Source of the DNA: Lama glama
Taxonomy: Eukaryota
Direction of reading: 5' to 3'
Assembly: GCA_028534125.1 (NCBI GenBank)
Contig: CM052816.1
Coordinates: forward strand, 34,102,001-34,166,000
Length of the DNA: 64,000 nucleotides
The notes under the pieces were generated by a model, which saw only the letters and a list, made by a program, of their open reading frames with translations, did no database searches and was not told the DNA's origin. Position 1 is the first letter of the stretch. The number at the start of each line of letters is the position of its first letter. The position numbers were made by a program, and so were the translations under genes. Of this stretch, positions 42,921-56,879 are shown piece after piece.

Positions 42921-45900
42921 TACTCAGCTATTTTGGATGGTTTTAGTGGGAAATTTATTCTAATTATTTAGCCCACCATGTTGCAAATTCAGTGATTTTA
43001 TTGCTGATTTTATTTATTTTTATTATAATATGGTCTCCTGGATTTTTTTTAATTCGTGTTTTTCTAATATTTTCTTTCCAATCTTATTACTTTAATACGA
43101 TGCCAATAAAGATGTTGTGGAATATTTTCTAGTTTGGGTGATTACCATCTGTACCCTGACTCTGAGGTTAGTGTGGCAAAAAATATATACAGTGACTATG
43201 AATACACATACAACAGCATTATCTGTTTTCTCTTTCCAAGGACTGAAGAATACTTCTTGTCCATATTTTATTTATGGACATTTCTAGTGTTTTTGCTCTA
43301 CTAAACTTAGTAAAAACATCTGAAGTTACACTGTTAAATTTAGAATCATCTCCTGAATATTCCTAAGAAGTAAGTCAGTGATGCCAAAATAAAAACAAAA
43401 ATTTGAGCCAAGCAAACAGATCTGGCCAAAAAAAGAATCAAAGAAGTGAACTGAACTGCCCAGAGGAGAGCTTGTGTGCTCTCTACTTTCACTCTTTGCC
43501 TTCCTGCGTTGGCACCACAAAGACAGGTCCTTGCCAAGTAAGTCTCTGTTCCACCCAGAATTAGAACTCAGCCCGGCACTGCCAAGACTTTCCAGCATAG
43601 AGATCTTGAGCTGTCATTTCCCACCTCCCTTTTCTTTAACATAATTGCATCTCTTAGGCATTCCATATTTAGTTTGTTTCCTATATGAGATGCAAAACAA
43701 CAGCAGCCTCACCAGGAGTTGAAGGAACGGTGAAAAAAATTGTAGTTTCTGGAAATAGCAGAGAACAAATTACCAGCTTACAAAGTGACTTAGAATCAAA
43801 TTTGAGCTCTTAATATCACTCCTGATCCCCCTTCGAAGAGTTAGGTTAGCGATAATCCAAGTCCTCAGGACTCATTCTGAAAACACCTATCATGCCTTCT
43901 AGTTCATGTTTCAACTTAGATTAATGCTTACCAGGTTTGCAAGCACATACGGATACAAAGACATACATTCATTCAAGGTCACGTGCTCACACACACCCAT
44001 GCACTGACTACAGTGAACAGTGTGGTGGGGGTACAGTTGTGTTATCACTGAATCATTAAGAATGAAAAGGAAAATGCTACTGAGTTTCTGATAGAAATAT
44101 CTTAGGCTTTGATTAGGACTAGCTTTCCTTGCAATTGATCTACTTTTTACTAGGCAATAAGAATCTGTATGTTGTTGTGGTAATTAAATTAATGCAAATA
44201 CAGTCGCCTATTTCATCTAGAGAGAACTAAAGTGATTTGGGAGGAAAATAACAGCCTGTTGTCCCCCACAGATCCAGATAAAAGAAAACAGATTTTAGGC
44301 TGAACACCTAGAAGGGACGAATCCTGCACTGCATCAAGTTCTAGGGTGGCTTATTTCCAAACCAAGGAATTCAGCACGCAGTCTCTTAACAAATGGACTC
44401 TGTACACTCTGACTGCAGATAATTATCCCAGTAGGTAGGGCTGAAAATTCTGTTATCCAAAGAGAGAAAGGGGAAAGGATGTTGCCATCCTGGGAACTTC
44501 TGATTGTAACAATTATGTAGATTAAAGCAAACTCTGAACAAAAACTCTTTGAAATTGATCTTACAATGACAGAGACAAAACTTTCTGAATGGACTACTTA
44601 CACTGGAACCTGGCACTCTTCTTAGTCCAAATGCTCATCAAACTTAAAGCAAGTTGCATATTTAGAATAAAGCACTATGGATTAGAATTATGTGGAGTTG
44701 AAAATTTATTTTCTCACTAAAATAAAGTGGCATAATAAAGAATTAATATTCCTGAACAAATGTTTGCCACCCAGCTTTATGGAAATTACCATTAGCTTTC
44801 TATTTGACCAACTGTATATGGTATACCTAAAGAAGACGGAATTTTCCAATGTGCATATAAATAAAAATTACAGGAACACTCAGTAGCCAATTTCCTCAAA
44901 TTTAATATAAGAGAATAGAGTGTACCATGTAAAGATCTTTTCTTCATTCCTCATAGTTGTTTTTTTTTTTTTCCTGCCTCCAATCAGAAACTATCAGTCT
45001 TTAATCAGGATCAATGAAGGAATCTGTAGTGGGGGATTTTCACTGTCAACTTAAAAAAGATGTATGGCTGCACTGAGTCATTTTAGAGACTGTTCCAGGA
45101 CTGCCTGTTCTGTTTTTATTCTGGCTTAGTTTTCTCATTGTACACTTACATGCAGCAAATACAATCATCAGGGATAAAGTTATTGGTCACTTTGCTGCTT
45201 TGGAAACAAAATTCTTATGCTTTCTTCAGTTGCTATTCTATCATTATTAACAGTGATGATTTATATTTTAATGAAAGATAAATCTGTCTCTGAGTATATG
45301 ACCTGTTATTTTACCTTGTTTTATTTGAAGAAAAGTCAGAATCAAAGGATTCTACTCATGCAGATAAATCATTTCTGTCTGCTTTTTAAGAGTTCTCCTC
45401 TGGGTCTTACAATAAGTGGTTGCAAAATTCACTACAGCTCGATTGCATTTTTTAGTTATTTTAACAGGGTATCTTACTATGAAGAAATGACATTTTTCAT
45501 AAAAATATATAAAAATTATATAGCCAAATTATACAGCACTATTATTTTAAATGATCATTCTTTAGAAGAGATAACATCATGCATAAACAAAAAACATTGT
45601 TCTAAATTGTGAGATTTAATTCAGCCTCTATGATTAATTCATACAGGATTGGGGACATGAACCTTAATATTTCTTACCTCTAGTTTCCTCGTCTTTGAAG
45701 TGAGGACTAGAAATGGACAGTATCTAAGGTCCTCTCTAGTTCTGTAATGTTGTGACTCTAGTGCCAATTATTCAAATTATGTTTCCATTGTTAAAATACT
45801 TGTATAATTCTCTCTATGGGGCTGCACTTAGAGAATCACTTTCCCTTTTGAAAAATACCATGTTCTTTCCCTTGACATACTTTCTGCTCCTAGGCTGCTC

Positions 45901-46099
45901 AAGTTGTGTTTTCTTCACCATGGCTTGCATCAGCAGCCTCTGGCTTCTGTTAGTCACAACAGGAGCCCATGAGCAGGGTAGTCAACAGAAAGTGAAGAGT
46001 TATACAGAGCCTGGCACTGGCCACCGGCTCTGCTGCAAAGGGAGCTGGCTTCATACCTGTGTTTCTCACCCTCCTAGTCTAAGTGCTGTGAGGTAGGGA

Positions 46100-46320
46100 C
46101 TGTGTAGAGCGGAAAGAGCACTGACTCTACACTGAAAAGCTGGAGGTCCAAAAACTGGGCTCTGTCACTTACTAGCTTGTGGGAGCTGGAGGAAGTGTGT
46201 TTAACTCTTAAGAATCAGTTTTCTTCTTTGTAAAATGATGACTGTTGTGAGAATTGACAAGATAATGTGAAAGTTCCTGGCGTAGTGTCTGTTATACTAT
46301 GGGTGCCCATCAAACATGAG
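46100..46320 (+). mobile_element. MIR (another MIR fragment at ~45640-45750)
   Basis: ggaaagagcactgactc...gctctgtcacttactagc...cagttttcttctttgtaaaatg. Confidence 0.8.
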
Positions 46321-47061
46321 CTGAATCTAGATCTGACACTGGCAGTGTAGACTGCACACCTGAACCATGAGAACTGCTCTTATTTAAGGACTGTGTGCAT
46401 TTGTTAAATTCCCACACTTCACCTGCTGCCCATGACTGATGTTAGAGTTCACAGGCATTTGCAACAGGAGTTCCATAAAACAATAACCTATTTCCCAGTG
46501 AGACTCACACAGAAACTGATCTCCTCTTAGGGATTTGTTGACAAAGAGGATGCAATAAACACTGGCTAAGCAATCACTTTGTTTAAGATCATCTGCTCTG
46601 CTCAGGTCTGCTGCTTGTTCTTAAAAACGTGTAAGGATTTTTCAGTTTAGAATCTGTGAGGGAAAAGGATCAGGCTTCTGAAATAGGCTATGCTGATAGA
46701 CTGTTCTCCCCTTTGGAGAATATGTGCTGATTAGCATGTACCAAAAGAGGCAGAGCTCAGGACAAGAGCCAGAAAAGTAGGACTGTAGCCAAGGGTCGCT
46801 GTTTGTCAGTATCAGTTGATCTACTGGTCAGACATCAATGAATGTAAATTCCAAACTGAAGTTTTGCACTTTGACCTGACAATCCCATTGTACTCATTTT
46901 TATTTCACATCTCAAGGGGGTACAACCATAAAGCAGAAGGTGCAGCAGCATGGACAGCTGGCTGAGCACCTGCTGCTGGAATGGGAAAAGTGTTATTTTC
47001 CTAGATAAAGAGAGCGTAAGTGAGGCTAGGCAGAGCTTGGTCCTTGGAAGCTGCAGAGTGT

Positions 47062-47580
47062 TGTACTGGCCACCTATGGCTGCTGTAATAAATTACCACA
47101 AACTTGGTGGCTTAAACCAGCACAGATTTATCTTACAGTTCTTGAAGTTAGGATTCCAACATGGATCTCAGTGGGACAAAATCAAGGTGTTGGCAGGGCT
47201 GATTCCTTCTAGAGGCTCCAAGGTAGAATCCATTTCCTTGCTTTTTTCCAACTCCTAGAGGCAGCCTGCATTCCTTGGCTCTTGGCCCCCTTCTATTTTC
47301 AAAGTCAGCAATGGCCATTTGAGTCTTTCTTATACCCAATCTCTCTGACACTGACTCTTCTGCCTCCCTCTTCCACACTTAAAGGAACTTTGTGATGACA
47401 TGAGTCTCACTTAAATAATCTAGGATAATCTCTTTATTTTAAAGCCAGCTGTTTAGCAACCTTAATTCCATCTGTAACATTAACTCCCTCTTGCTATGCA
47501 ACATAACATAGTTACAGATTCTGGGGACTATGACATGGACATTTTGGTGGTGGAGGAGGGTGGTCATTCTGTCTACCAAA
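47062..47580 (-). mobile_element. MaLR solo LTR, MLT1D-like
   Basis: tgtactggccacctatggctgctgtaataaattaccacaaacttggtggcttaaac...cattctgtctacca; flanks agtgt/ggtgt. Confidence 0.9.
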
Positions 47581-48077
47581 GGTGTGTCATGGTGGTGGGA
47601 ACAAAACTGGGAAGGGTCAGTGCTCAGTAGCTTTTTAAATACGCAGTAGTTTCTGGGAAGTCAGAAGTTTAAAATGATCCCTGAAGGTGGAGACTAAACA
47701 ACAAAAGATAGAGGGACATAAACATCCAGCTAGTACTCTACAGCAGTTACTCCTTGGAGAGAAGGCAATACTTCATTTCTAATAGTTCACATCCTTCAAT
47801 ATAACGATTTCACTTTAGAAATCCAGTCTAACTGTGACAGTAGTAAAGATTTGTGATGAAGATACTCAGCAGAGTGCTACTGGAAATAAACAAGATGTCC
47901 AACAATAGGAGATTATTTAAACATGTCATGACACCATCTGTATGATTGCATATTATACATCCACAAGGTGCCATTTTTGAGAAGGAATTTTTATTCCTAG
48001 CTCTGATTGAATCTGTTTTAATTCTATGTGTCTCTCTGGTTTCTCTTGACTTGGTCCAGTATTTATTAATTAAAAAA

Positions 48078-48112
48078 ATACACACACACATATGCCGTGT
48101 GTGTGTGTGTAT
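48078..48112. repeat. Inverted (CA)n/(TG)n microsatellite pair
   Basis: atacacacacaca - tatgccgtg - tgtgtgtgtgtat: 13-bp perfect stem, 9-nt loop. Confidence 0.9.
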
Positions 48113-48376
48113 ATAAACTACTAAATGCTAGTCTGTGTTAGGTAATAGAATATAGTCCTAAATATTCCAGATCAACTTTTTATGGAGCTTAAACACTAAA
48201 AATAGACACTGCACAGGTAACCATAAGTATGATGACTATTTTGAAAGCAGTAGTGGGAGATTCTTGAGGAGAAGAAAGGATGAGAATCTGTCTACCTGGA
48301 AATCTTCCAAAGCATAGAGACCTCATCTGGTGGCTAAGCCCTACTAACCGATCCTTATTAGGGCTTAAATCACAGC

Positions 48377-48393
48377 TGCCTGCAGGTGGCACA
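48377..48393 (+). promoter_or_regulatory. Candidate CTCF site
   Basis: tgCCTGCAGGTGGCACa closely matches the CTCF core CCASYAGRKGGCRS. Confidence 0.5.
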
Positions 48394-49499
48394 TTAGCAG
48401 AGTTTGGTGCTTTAGAATCTACAACCGTACTAAGGCATCACTTTTCTCTACTTTGTTCTTAATTCCTCTTTATGACCCCTGACCCTTTCCTTTTTAATTT
48501 TTTCACTTGCTTCCAATAAATGTTATCCTCATATTTTACATAGCCTTTTGTCTACCTTAAAATCTTCCTGGAACAAGATGGGATATACCAATTAATATTG
48601 GAAAATAATAAGAGCCATGCCTTTCAGATTAATGTGTTATCAGCAAACGGACTGAAGACCATCTGTTTAAGACTCTGAGTAATTTGTTCTTTGTTTTTCA
48701 TCCCTTTACTTCTCATTCCATCTGTTTCTAAAGCAGATGGGCACTCAGTTCTGCCCTAGTAATCTTCCCCTAGCTCCATGGCTTCTTCATGAACTTTTCT
48801 GTTCAGAGGAATGCCTAATAACAGACCTTCTTCCTCTTCTGCAGAATGACCAAGATTAGAGTTGCCTGGCTTTTCTTGAATACGTCAGTCTCTAAACTTC
48901 ACAATACTTGGCACAGCACAAGCTCTTAATGAATGTCAGCTTATTTCCCTTCCCTCTGTTGAGGCAGGCAGAGGAGACACTTCCATGGGATCAGGGAGTG
49001 AAATGGTTACCACGCACCCCAGCAGCTGCAGCAACGGCAGAATCCCAGGGTTTGTTTTGACAAGGTCAACAGACTCCATAGTGATTTACTCTCTCGTATG
49101 GGCGATTCCTTGGACCGTACCACATCCAAAGTCTATCTTACTTTCCTCTACTGCATCTGAAAAAGCTTCTAATGACACAGAAGAAATGTTTACCGTATAA
49201 TATTTAGTTAAAAAGGAGAACTACAAACTACATAGAACCCAATTTTCAGCAGGAGCATCTCTGTCCAAAGGCTCCTCAAAGTTAATTCACAGCAACTTTT
49301 TCTTGCATTTCTCCTCACTATATACAGTGATTGAGACCAAAATCTCAAAACTTCTTTAAATTTCTCCCAAAGCATTCATCCACACAAGAAAACATTGGAG
49401 AAGTTGGAAGAAACCACATGATGCGAAACATTTTTGGTCCAATTAAGGATATTTTGGTCTGATTCTAATAGTAATGGAAAACCACTGCAATATTTTACT

Positions 49500-49805
49500 C
49501 ATGATGATATTTGGTATGCATTTTGGAAATATCATTCTGGATGCATGTGAAGATATATTTTTGAGAGTTAGAATGAGACAATATCAAAGGCTAATGATAC
49601 AGTCCAGGTAGACGGTGATGGTGACTTACGCAAAGGTTGTAGCAATAGAGAAGGAAAGAAATAGATCTACTGTTTTAAGACAGTAACACTGGCAGAGGTT
49701 GATGGTGGATGAAGGATGAGGAATAAGGGGGAAAGAGATGTCTAGGATGCCTGCCAAGTTTCTAGCTTGGTAACTATATAGATTGTATGCAAGTACCTTC
49801 ACTAA
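49500..49805 (-). mobile_element. L2 fragment
   Basis: cattttggaaatatcattctgg...agtccaggtagacggtgatggtgactt...ggatgcctgccaagtttctagcttgg. Confidence 0.75.
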
Positions 49806-50333
49806 TCCTTTAAGGGCTCGGGAAGACAAAGCTTTACAATTAATTGGATCCACCACTCTTGGAGCAGAGTAAGGATTCTAAATAGGTGTGTGTGTGTGTA
49901 TAAAATCCAAATTATTCTGTATGTGTGCATATGTCATGTGTTTATGTATATACACATACATATATCTATATATACAAATGTATATGTATGTATATGTACA
50001 CATATAGCCACGTATACTTAGGAAAGAGTTTAAATAGGATTATAACACTGATAGCAGTGACAAAGAATGTTAAGGTTTTAAATTATATTTTCTTCTTTCA
50101 TTTATATTTTCTTTATTTTCCAGAATTTCTATGTTGAAGAGAAGTTATTTCTAGAATCAGAAATAAAACACAATGTATAGATTTATTTTTCAAAAGAAAA
50201 TGGCTTCCCCATGGCCATCTGCCCACACTCTTGTACTTCACCTCTTGAAGATTATAGTGTATTTACTATATGTCATGTATTTACATGTCAAAGATTTTTG
50301 TTTATAATAAAGTTTATCAAAGATGTAACCTTC

Positions 50334-50817
50334 AGCATTATTTTTCTTATTACTACTGTAACAAATTGCCACAAATGTACCAGCTTAAACAGTACATATT
50401 TATCATCTTACAGTTCTGGAGGTCAGCAATCCAACACAGTCTCACTGGATATCTACAAGGCTGTGTTTCTTTCTGGAAACTCTGGGGGAGAATCCATTTC
50501 TTTGCCTTTTCCAGATTATAGATGCCATTTGCATTCCTTGGCTCCTAGCTCTTTCATCTTCAAAGCTAGCAAAATAACATCTCCCTGATCTTCGTCTATT
50601 GTCACAACCCTGTCTGACCCAGCCAGAAGGTTTTCCCTTTAAGGACTCATGTGATTAGACTGGACCTACCCAGATAATCCAGGGTAATCTCCCCATCTCA
50701 AAATCCTCAATCTTAACTATATCTGCAATATTCCTTTGCCAGGTAAAGTCATATATTCGCAGATTCTGGAGATTGGGACGTGGACATCTTTGGGCAATTA
50801 TTATTCTTCCTACCACA
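50334..50817 (-). mobile_element. MaLR solo LTR, MLT1C/D-like
   Basis: tgtaacaaattgccac...ttacagttctggaggtcag...gattgggacgtggacatctttgg...ttattcttcctaccaca. Confidence 0.9.
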
Positions 50818-52289
50818 AAGTCAAAGGAATAAACCATTTCTAGGAGCATATTTCTTGACCTAATTGTTTCTTAGTTGCTCTTTATTTATTTAATGTAGGA
50901 CGTACAAAATGTATGTAAATAGCACTGCACACAATGAGGAAAGACTTCTAATCCTAATTGCCCAACTCCCAGTGTTTAGCTGCCACCTACATTTCTTCCT
51001 CCCAATGTATTAACCGTTGAGGTCTTTATCCTGAGAATGGCACTTTTAAACTAACCATGTCAGATAACTTAAGGATCTGAGTTTGACTGCTTTGGAGAAT
51101 TTCTTTCAAATTTTGAATTTCTCTAAATTAGAAAATATCATCATATGATGCAAGAAACCACCCAGTGCAGGAGAATTCAAAGTGTCAGAAAAATTTGAGA
51201 TGCAAATCTCCAGTGCCCCAGAAAAGAGAGCTTTAATAAACAACAGAAAAAATAAAATAAAATCAGTGCATCCTGAACAGATGTTGGAAGTTGCCTCAAC
51301 ATATATCTGAGGAGAGGCTGAAGGAGGCTGGAAGGGCTTCCAGCCTCTTTCCTGTGTAATCCTTTATAAATGGGCTAAAATGAACCTTTCAGAGGTAGAG
51401 AGCCAGACCATTAAAACCTACTTCTGCCTGTAGGATCTTATTTTCAATCCGACTGCAATCATTTTATCTGCATGCCAATGAACACAGGTGCTGCCAGAGT
51501 CAATCCCTTTGCTATATTTTTCTGTGTCACAGGGCAGAGTTCCCTGTAACTGGTCCCACAATTGGCCAGTGCCTGTCTTATACAGTTTTGGCATTTTTCA
51601 ATATGAATTTAGAAAAATCAAAACTTCCCCTCACTCTCTCATTTTCCCATTTGTAAATGGTGTAACCATTTCATGCTCTCTGACATAATCCGCTCTGCCT
51701 AAAAGCCAGGTTCTTAATGAGGCATCTGGCTCAGTCTCCCCCATAATCAGAGTGTGAGAAAAGCCTGCTGACAAACTAGCATTTCAATCTGATGGTAAAT
51801 TCTTCCAAGGAAGCTGTAACGGTACAGTAAGGAGAACCATCTACGCCATTAATGAGTCAAGCAGAGAAGGTCAGATTTTCTTAGTCCCTGAATAGTATTA
51901 GAGCCATTTCCATTTGAGTGTGCTCTTCAGGATGTGTCTTATCTAATTTCCTTGAAAACCCATGATTTATAATGGCAATGGTGGTACCTCCTTCCCCCAT
52001 CTCCTTCTCAAAATGATTCCCCATGCAGATGTTAAATCCTCAAAGGCAGCTGCTTCCAGCAGCCCAAGAAACAGAGACATATGGAATTTTGAGAAGTAAG
52101 AACAGGAAGCATGCCGAGCACCATGACTTGTTCCTTCACCTCATGTTTTACCACCCCAGACGTTGGTTTGATTCTGAGTCAGACCCTAGTAAGCAAGCTC
52201 CAATTAGAGACAGATGATTATTTTCCTAATGTGCCAGGCAATCCAGGCGGGCCAAGAATAAGTTGCTGAAATGTAGCAGGGCTATATGC

Positions 52290-52545
52290 AAAACCTTATC
52301 TTCAAGTCAAAAAAATAAATCTCAGCTACACAAGTTTCCATGCTCCTCCAGTTTCCCCTTCCACCAAGCCTGCTCTTCTTGCAGTTTTTAGTGTGATGGT
52401 AAATAGCTACATCTTAATGTCATTGTTTGAGCCAAAAAAAAAAAAAACCAGTATTCATCATTATTTCTCTCTTTTTCTCATTCCCCACATATAATTCATC
52501 AGCAATTCCTTTTGGTTATATCTAAAAATATATCCCAAATCCAGC
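52290..52545 (+). mobile_element. L2 fragment
   Basis: ccaagcctgctcttcttgcag...ctcattccccacatataattcatcagcaattcc...aaaatatatcccaaatcc. Confidence 0.7.
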
Positions 52546-55500
52546 CTGTTTACAAAAACAATAAGGAATGGAAGTCATTGCTAAATTCAGCTGTGCCTTT
52601 CTCCTGTGGTTCAGAACGGATGGTACAAAAAGCTATTTACTCCTTGATAGCAATAGGGAAAAAGGGATTGCAAAATAAGAGAAGTCAAATGATGATACCA
52701 TCATAAGCAAGGTAGAGACAATTATTTAAATGAAGGGCATGCTCTGAGTGACATCCAGCGTAACCTGACACAAAGGTGTATGGAATGTGGAATTGTTAGG
52801 AGCAAAACAGATGGTAGCCAACAAGTTTATCATTTAATTTATACATTCAGAAGAAAAGAAAAGTGGCAGATCAGAAAGCTGAAAACAGTCACTTCAATGA
52901 GAACTCGTGTCCTTTGTCCAAATTCTGGATGTGAGTCCATTTTAGACCCAGAATCCACTGGCTGAAGAGGAGAATGGGTCCCTAGGAAGCAAGATGTGTA
53001 ACATCACAGTAATGACTATGATTTACCAAATTCTTCCTCAAAGGAATCAATGGCTGTTGAGTTTGCTCACCATACATGTTATGGACTGAATGTTACCATT
53101 CCCCCAAATTAATATGCTGTTACCCTATCCCCCAGTGTGATGGTATTAGAAGGTGGGAAGGTAATTAGAATGAAATGATATCATAGAAGTGGAGCCTTCA
53201 TGAATGGTGTTAGTGCCTAATAAGGGTCACTAGGGAGCTTGCTCCCCCTCTCTGCTGGGTGAAAAGCCAACGAAAAGGCAGCCACCTAAAACCTGGGGGA
53301 GGGCTCTCACCAGAAGCAGACCACACTGGCAACTTGATCTCTGACTTCCAGCCTCTAAAACTGTAAAAAGCAGATTTCTTTTGTGTATAAGCCACCCAGT
53401 TTATGGTATTTTGCTAGAGCAGCCTGAACTAAGATAATACATCAGTGAAAGAAAATGTTCAGTACAGTCTTAACAGGTACCAAGTTGATATTTATACCTG
53501 GGGACTCAAAGTGTCATTATAGCCCCCCTGTTACAGTGGGTTTTATGGGGTAGGGAAATAGATGGAGTCTTGGGCTGGTACCACTCACAGTGGGTACAGT
53601 GGGTCCATAAACCCTCTCCATGGTCATTTTCCAAGTCCCTGAATGTATCATGGCACACTTGGTAGTCGACAGCGTGCTGTATTTCCCCCTAGCCTGTGGG
53701 GTAAGAGCTAGCATGGAGCAAGGCTAATTGGAAGCCTCTGAAGCTACTCCTGACCCCACATCCCCAACCAAGAGAGTTAAGTTCAAAATAGCAGTGCATA
53801 TGGGGTGAATGACAGAAACTAATGCCACTCTTAATGGCCTTCGGGACAGCCCAGGTGGTGGCCACATCGTGTATCCATTTACTTCACCAGTGTGACCTAC
53901 GTAAGAAACACCTTGGAGGATGACAGCAGACCATGAGAAATTCACCCACACTGTAATCTCAGTTGCTGCTGCTGCACGAATTGTAGTGTCTCCAGTAGAG
54001 CAAATCAGCATGGCTTCGGGTACCTGGTATATGACCAATGATATGGCAAAGGAGTCATTTTCTGTCCCAGTCAGGAGGGAGAACCTAAAGACGTCTGCTT
54101 CACGTGAGATTTACAAAAGTATGTGCTTACAGCCTCACCTTAGCCTGTGTTAAATCTCTTGCCCTCTGCACGATGTCGTTCTAAGGGACATACACTATCT
54201 GGATGTACAGCAGAAAATTACATTGGTCCATATCTATGACATCACACTAATCAAAGTGGATGAGTAAGAAGTGGCAGAATGATGAAAGCCTTAGCTAGAT
54301 ACACGTGCTCCAGATGGCAGGAGATAAACCTGGCAGAGCCAGTCCTGTCATATCAGTTAACTTTTTAGGGGTTCAGTATTAAGAGGTGTACTAGGTCTTC
54401 ACCATCCAAAGTGAAAGACAAATTATTGCATTTAAAGACTGTCATTACTGGCTGGCCTCTTTAAGTTCTGGAGCCAGCCTATCTCACTCTTAGGAATACT
54501 TCTCTAACCATTTTGAGAGGTGCAGATGGCTGTCAGCTTTAGGGTCCAGGCCAGGAAAGGCTTCTGATGTAGGTCGTGCCTGTGTGGCTTTGCCTGTGCA
54601 ACTCGGTAGATCCAGTGGCATTTGAGGCATTTATGGTAGAAGATGCCCTTTGACATTTATGACAAGCCCCAGTAGCAGAATCACAACATAAACCTTGTGG
54701 TTTGAAGAAAGGTGATGCCAGGGTGTCACCATTTAAAAAATAGCTTGAGGCATGGTAGCCACACCTGGGAGAAGCAGGGCAACAACATGAGTCACAAGTG
54801 ACCATGCAGCTGGACTACATGAGCTGGTTTCTCTCAGATCCACCAAGTCATACATCTGGGTGGGCCCAACAGTAATTCATCCAAAAATAGATGCAGCACA
54901 TTTGAAAACTGGCGTGAACAAGGCCAGAGGGCAGAAGTTAGCTGTAAATGCAGGTATTATAAACCCCTGTGACATCTACCACTGATGCTCTGTCTCTATC
55001 CCTCTCCTCTGGATAGGAATCCTTTCAACCAGCTTTGGGGGGTGAGGGGGGTTCCATGTAAAACTGGTTCATGGAAAGGTTGGATGTGCATGTTGGTACA
55101 AACCAAAATGAACCAAAAATGAACTGCGGTTACACTACTGCCCTACTGTAGTATGTTGCTAAAAAGGCAGGAGTGAGAAGAATCCTCTCCACGGGGGCAA
55201 CGCTTCAAGTAGTGAACTTGGTCACCCACTTTATATAGATAAAAAAAGTAGCCTGATACAATAACATATATTAAATCATTGACAGTGGTGAATGGCTTGG
55301 TTCATTAATTTGGGGACTGGATGGAGAAAGGTTAAAAGATTGCAACAAGGAAATCTTAAAAGAGGCATGTGAATAAAAGAGGCGTATGGAAACAAGCACA
55401 AAGAGTGAAGACCCCCCAATCACGTGTTAATGGCCACCAGGGTTTACCCACTATGGAAGGGAATGACCAGTGAGCTAGACAGAATGACTTAGCCAGTCGA

Positions 55501-56879
55501 TTCTCACCTGCCTCCACTACCAGCTGCTTCAGTACCTATACCCCAGGTATGTTAATACAGTTACTTTGGTGGCAGGAATGTTGGCTATGCACAGAACTCC
55601 CATTCACAAAACCCAGTCTAGTTTCTGCCACTGCCAAGTGTCCAACCTGCCAAAAACAGAGACTAACATCGTATCCCTGATAAGGCGCCGCCCTTCAAGA
55701 AGCCCAACCAGTCACCGGTGGCAAGTTCACTGCATTGAACTCCTATCATTCTGGTGGAATCACTGAAGAGTCAGCATTTCATCTTGACTAGAACTGACAC
55801 ATATTCTGGGCAATGAGTTGCCTTTTCTGTTCATAGGGTCTTAGCTAGTTAGTTTAGCTGAGGATTTACAGAGTTCTGATTCACTGAAGCAGAATCCTGT
55901 ATAACACAGCATCTGCCTAAGAGTCCTGCTTTACAGCAAAAGAAGTATGGCAGTGGGCATGTAACTACCGGAGCCACTAATCCTACCATATACATCAACT
56001 CCCAGAAGCAGCCCATATGACAGAGGAATCAAATGGCCTCTTGAAGACACAGCTGAAGTGCCACCTTGGTTATAATACCCTGTGATACCCATCCATCAGA
56101 ACAGAATGTATGCCCTGAAATCAGGTGCCATTATAAAGTACTGTGCCCTCACTCTGTGAAATTCCTAGGTCCAGGAGCCAAGAGATAGAAGTAATAGTAC
56201 TGCTTAGCATTATTCAGTGACCCACTTGGAAAATTTTAGTGTTTTCCCCCATAATTCTAGGCTCTATGTCTCAGGTCCTCATTCCCAAGAGGAAATACTT
56301 CCACCAGGAGACAGAGAAAGAGTCAAGTGAAACTTCAAGCTATGTCTGCCACCTGATTATTTCAGGTTCCTCATGCCAAGAGGCAAGTAAGCTAGGGAAA
56401 GCTGATATCCTGTCAGGGCCAATTGACCCTACTCGTAAGGATGAAGTAGATTAGCTGTTTCACAGCTGGGGGAAAGGAAGAACACCCCGACATCCAGGTG
56501 ATTCACTGGAGCATCTCTTTTTACTCTCGGCCCAACTGGATCAGTAAATGGACAACTGCAGCAAACCTGCTCCGAAAAAGGCATGGTTGACCAGGGGCTC
56601 CAATCTTTCAGTGATTAGGGTTTGAATCATTTTATCAAATAATCAACTCAGACCAGCAAAGATGCTAGCTGAGGGTGAGGAGAATCTAAACTGAGCAACA
56701 TAGGACCAAAAATGAGTATGAATTGCATCCTGAGATGAATATCAGTGGTAGAAGGCCACTCGACTTCCTCCCTTTAGTTCCCCAGGAAGTGAAATCAACC
56801 AGCATCCTGGAAATGCTATCTCCCGCTGGGGCGAAATTTTTATATGAAGCAAGTGGATCTGAGTAGCACAACAAGTGGA
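52545..56879 (+). mobile_element. Decayed class III ERVL internal region (ERV3-16A3/ERVL-E-like): gag remnant, protease, RT, RNase H, integrase, dUTPase remnant; no env
   Basis: ORF 53920-54153 (MTADHEKF...AAAA...EQISMASGTWY...D.A...FSVPV) matches ERVL RT WRMTVDYRKLN...GTWYAAIDLANAFFSIPV; decayed LVHYIDD ~54223; HVN.HQ ~55420; CPTCQ ~55640; DTYSG ~55795; KEVWQWA ~55940. Confidence 0.9.
53077..53436 (+). mobile_element. MaLR solo LTR, MLT1A0-like, inserted in the ERVL
   Basis: tgttatggactgaatg...ctgacttccagcctc...aactaagata; perfect TSD ataca (53072-53076, 53437-53441). Confidence 0.93.
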
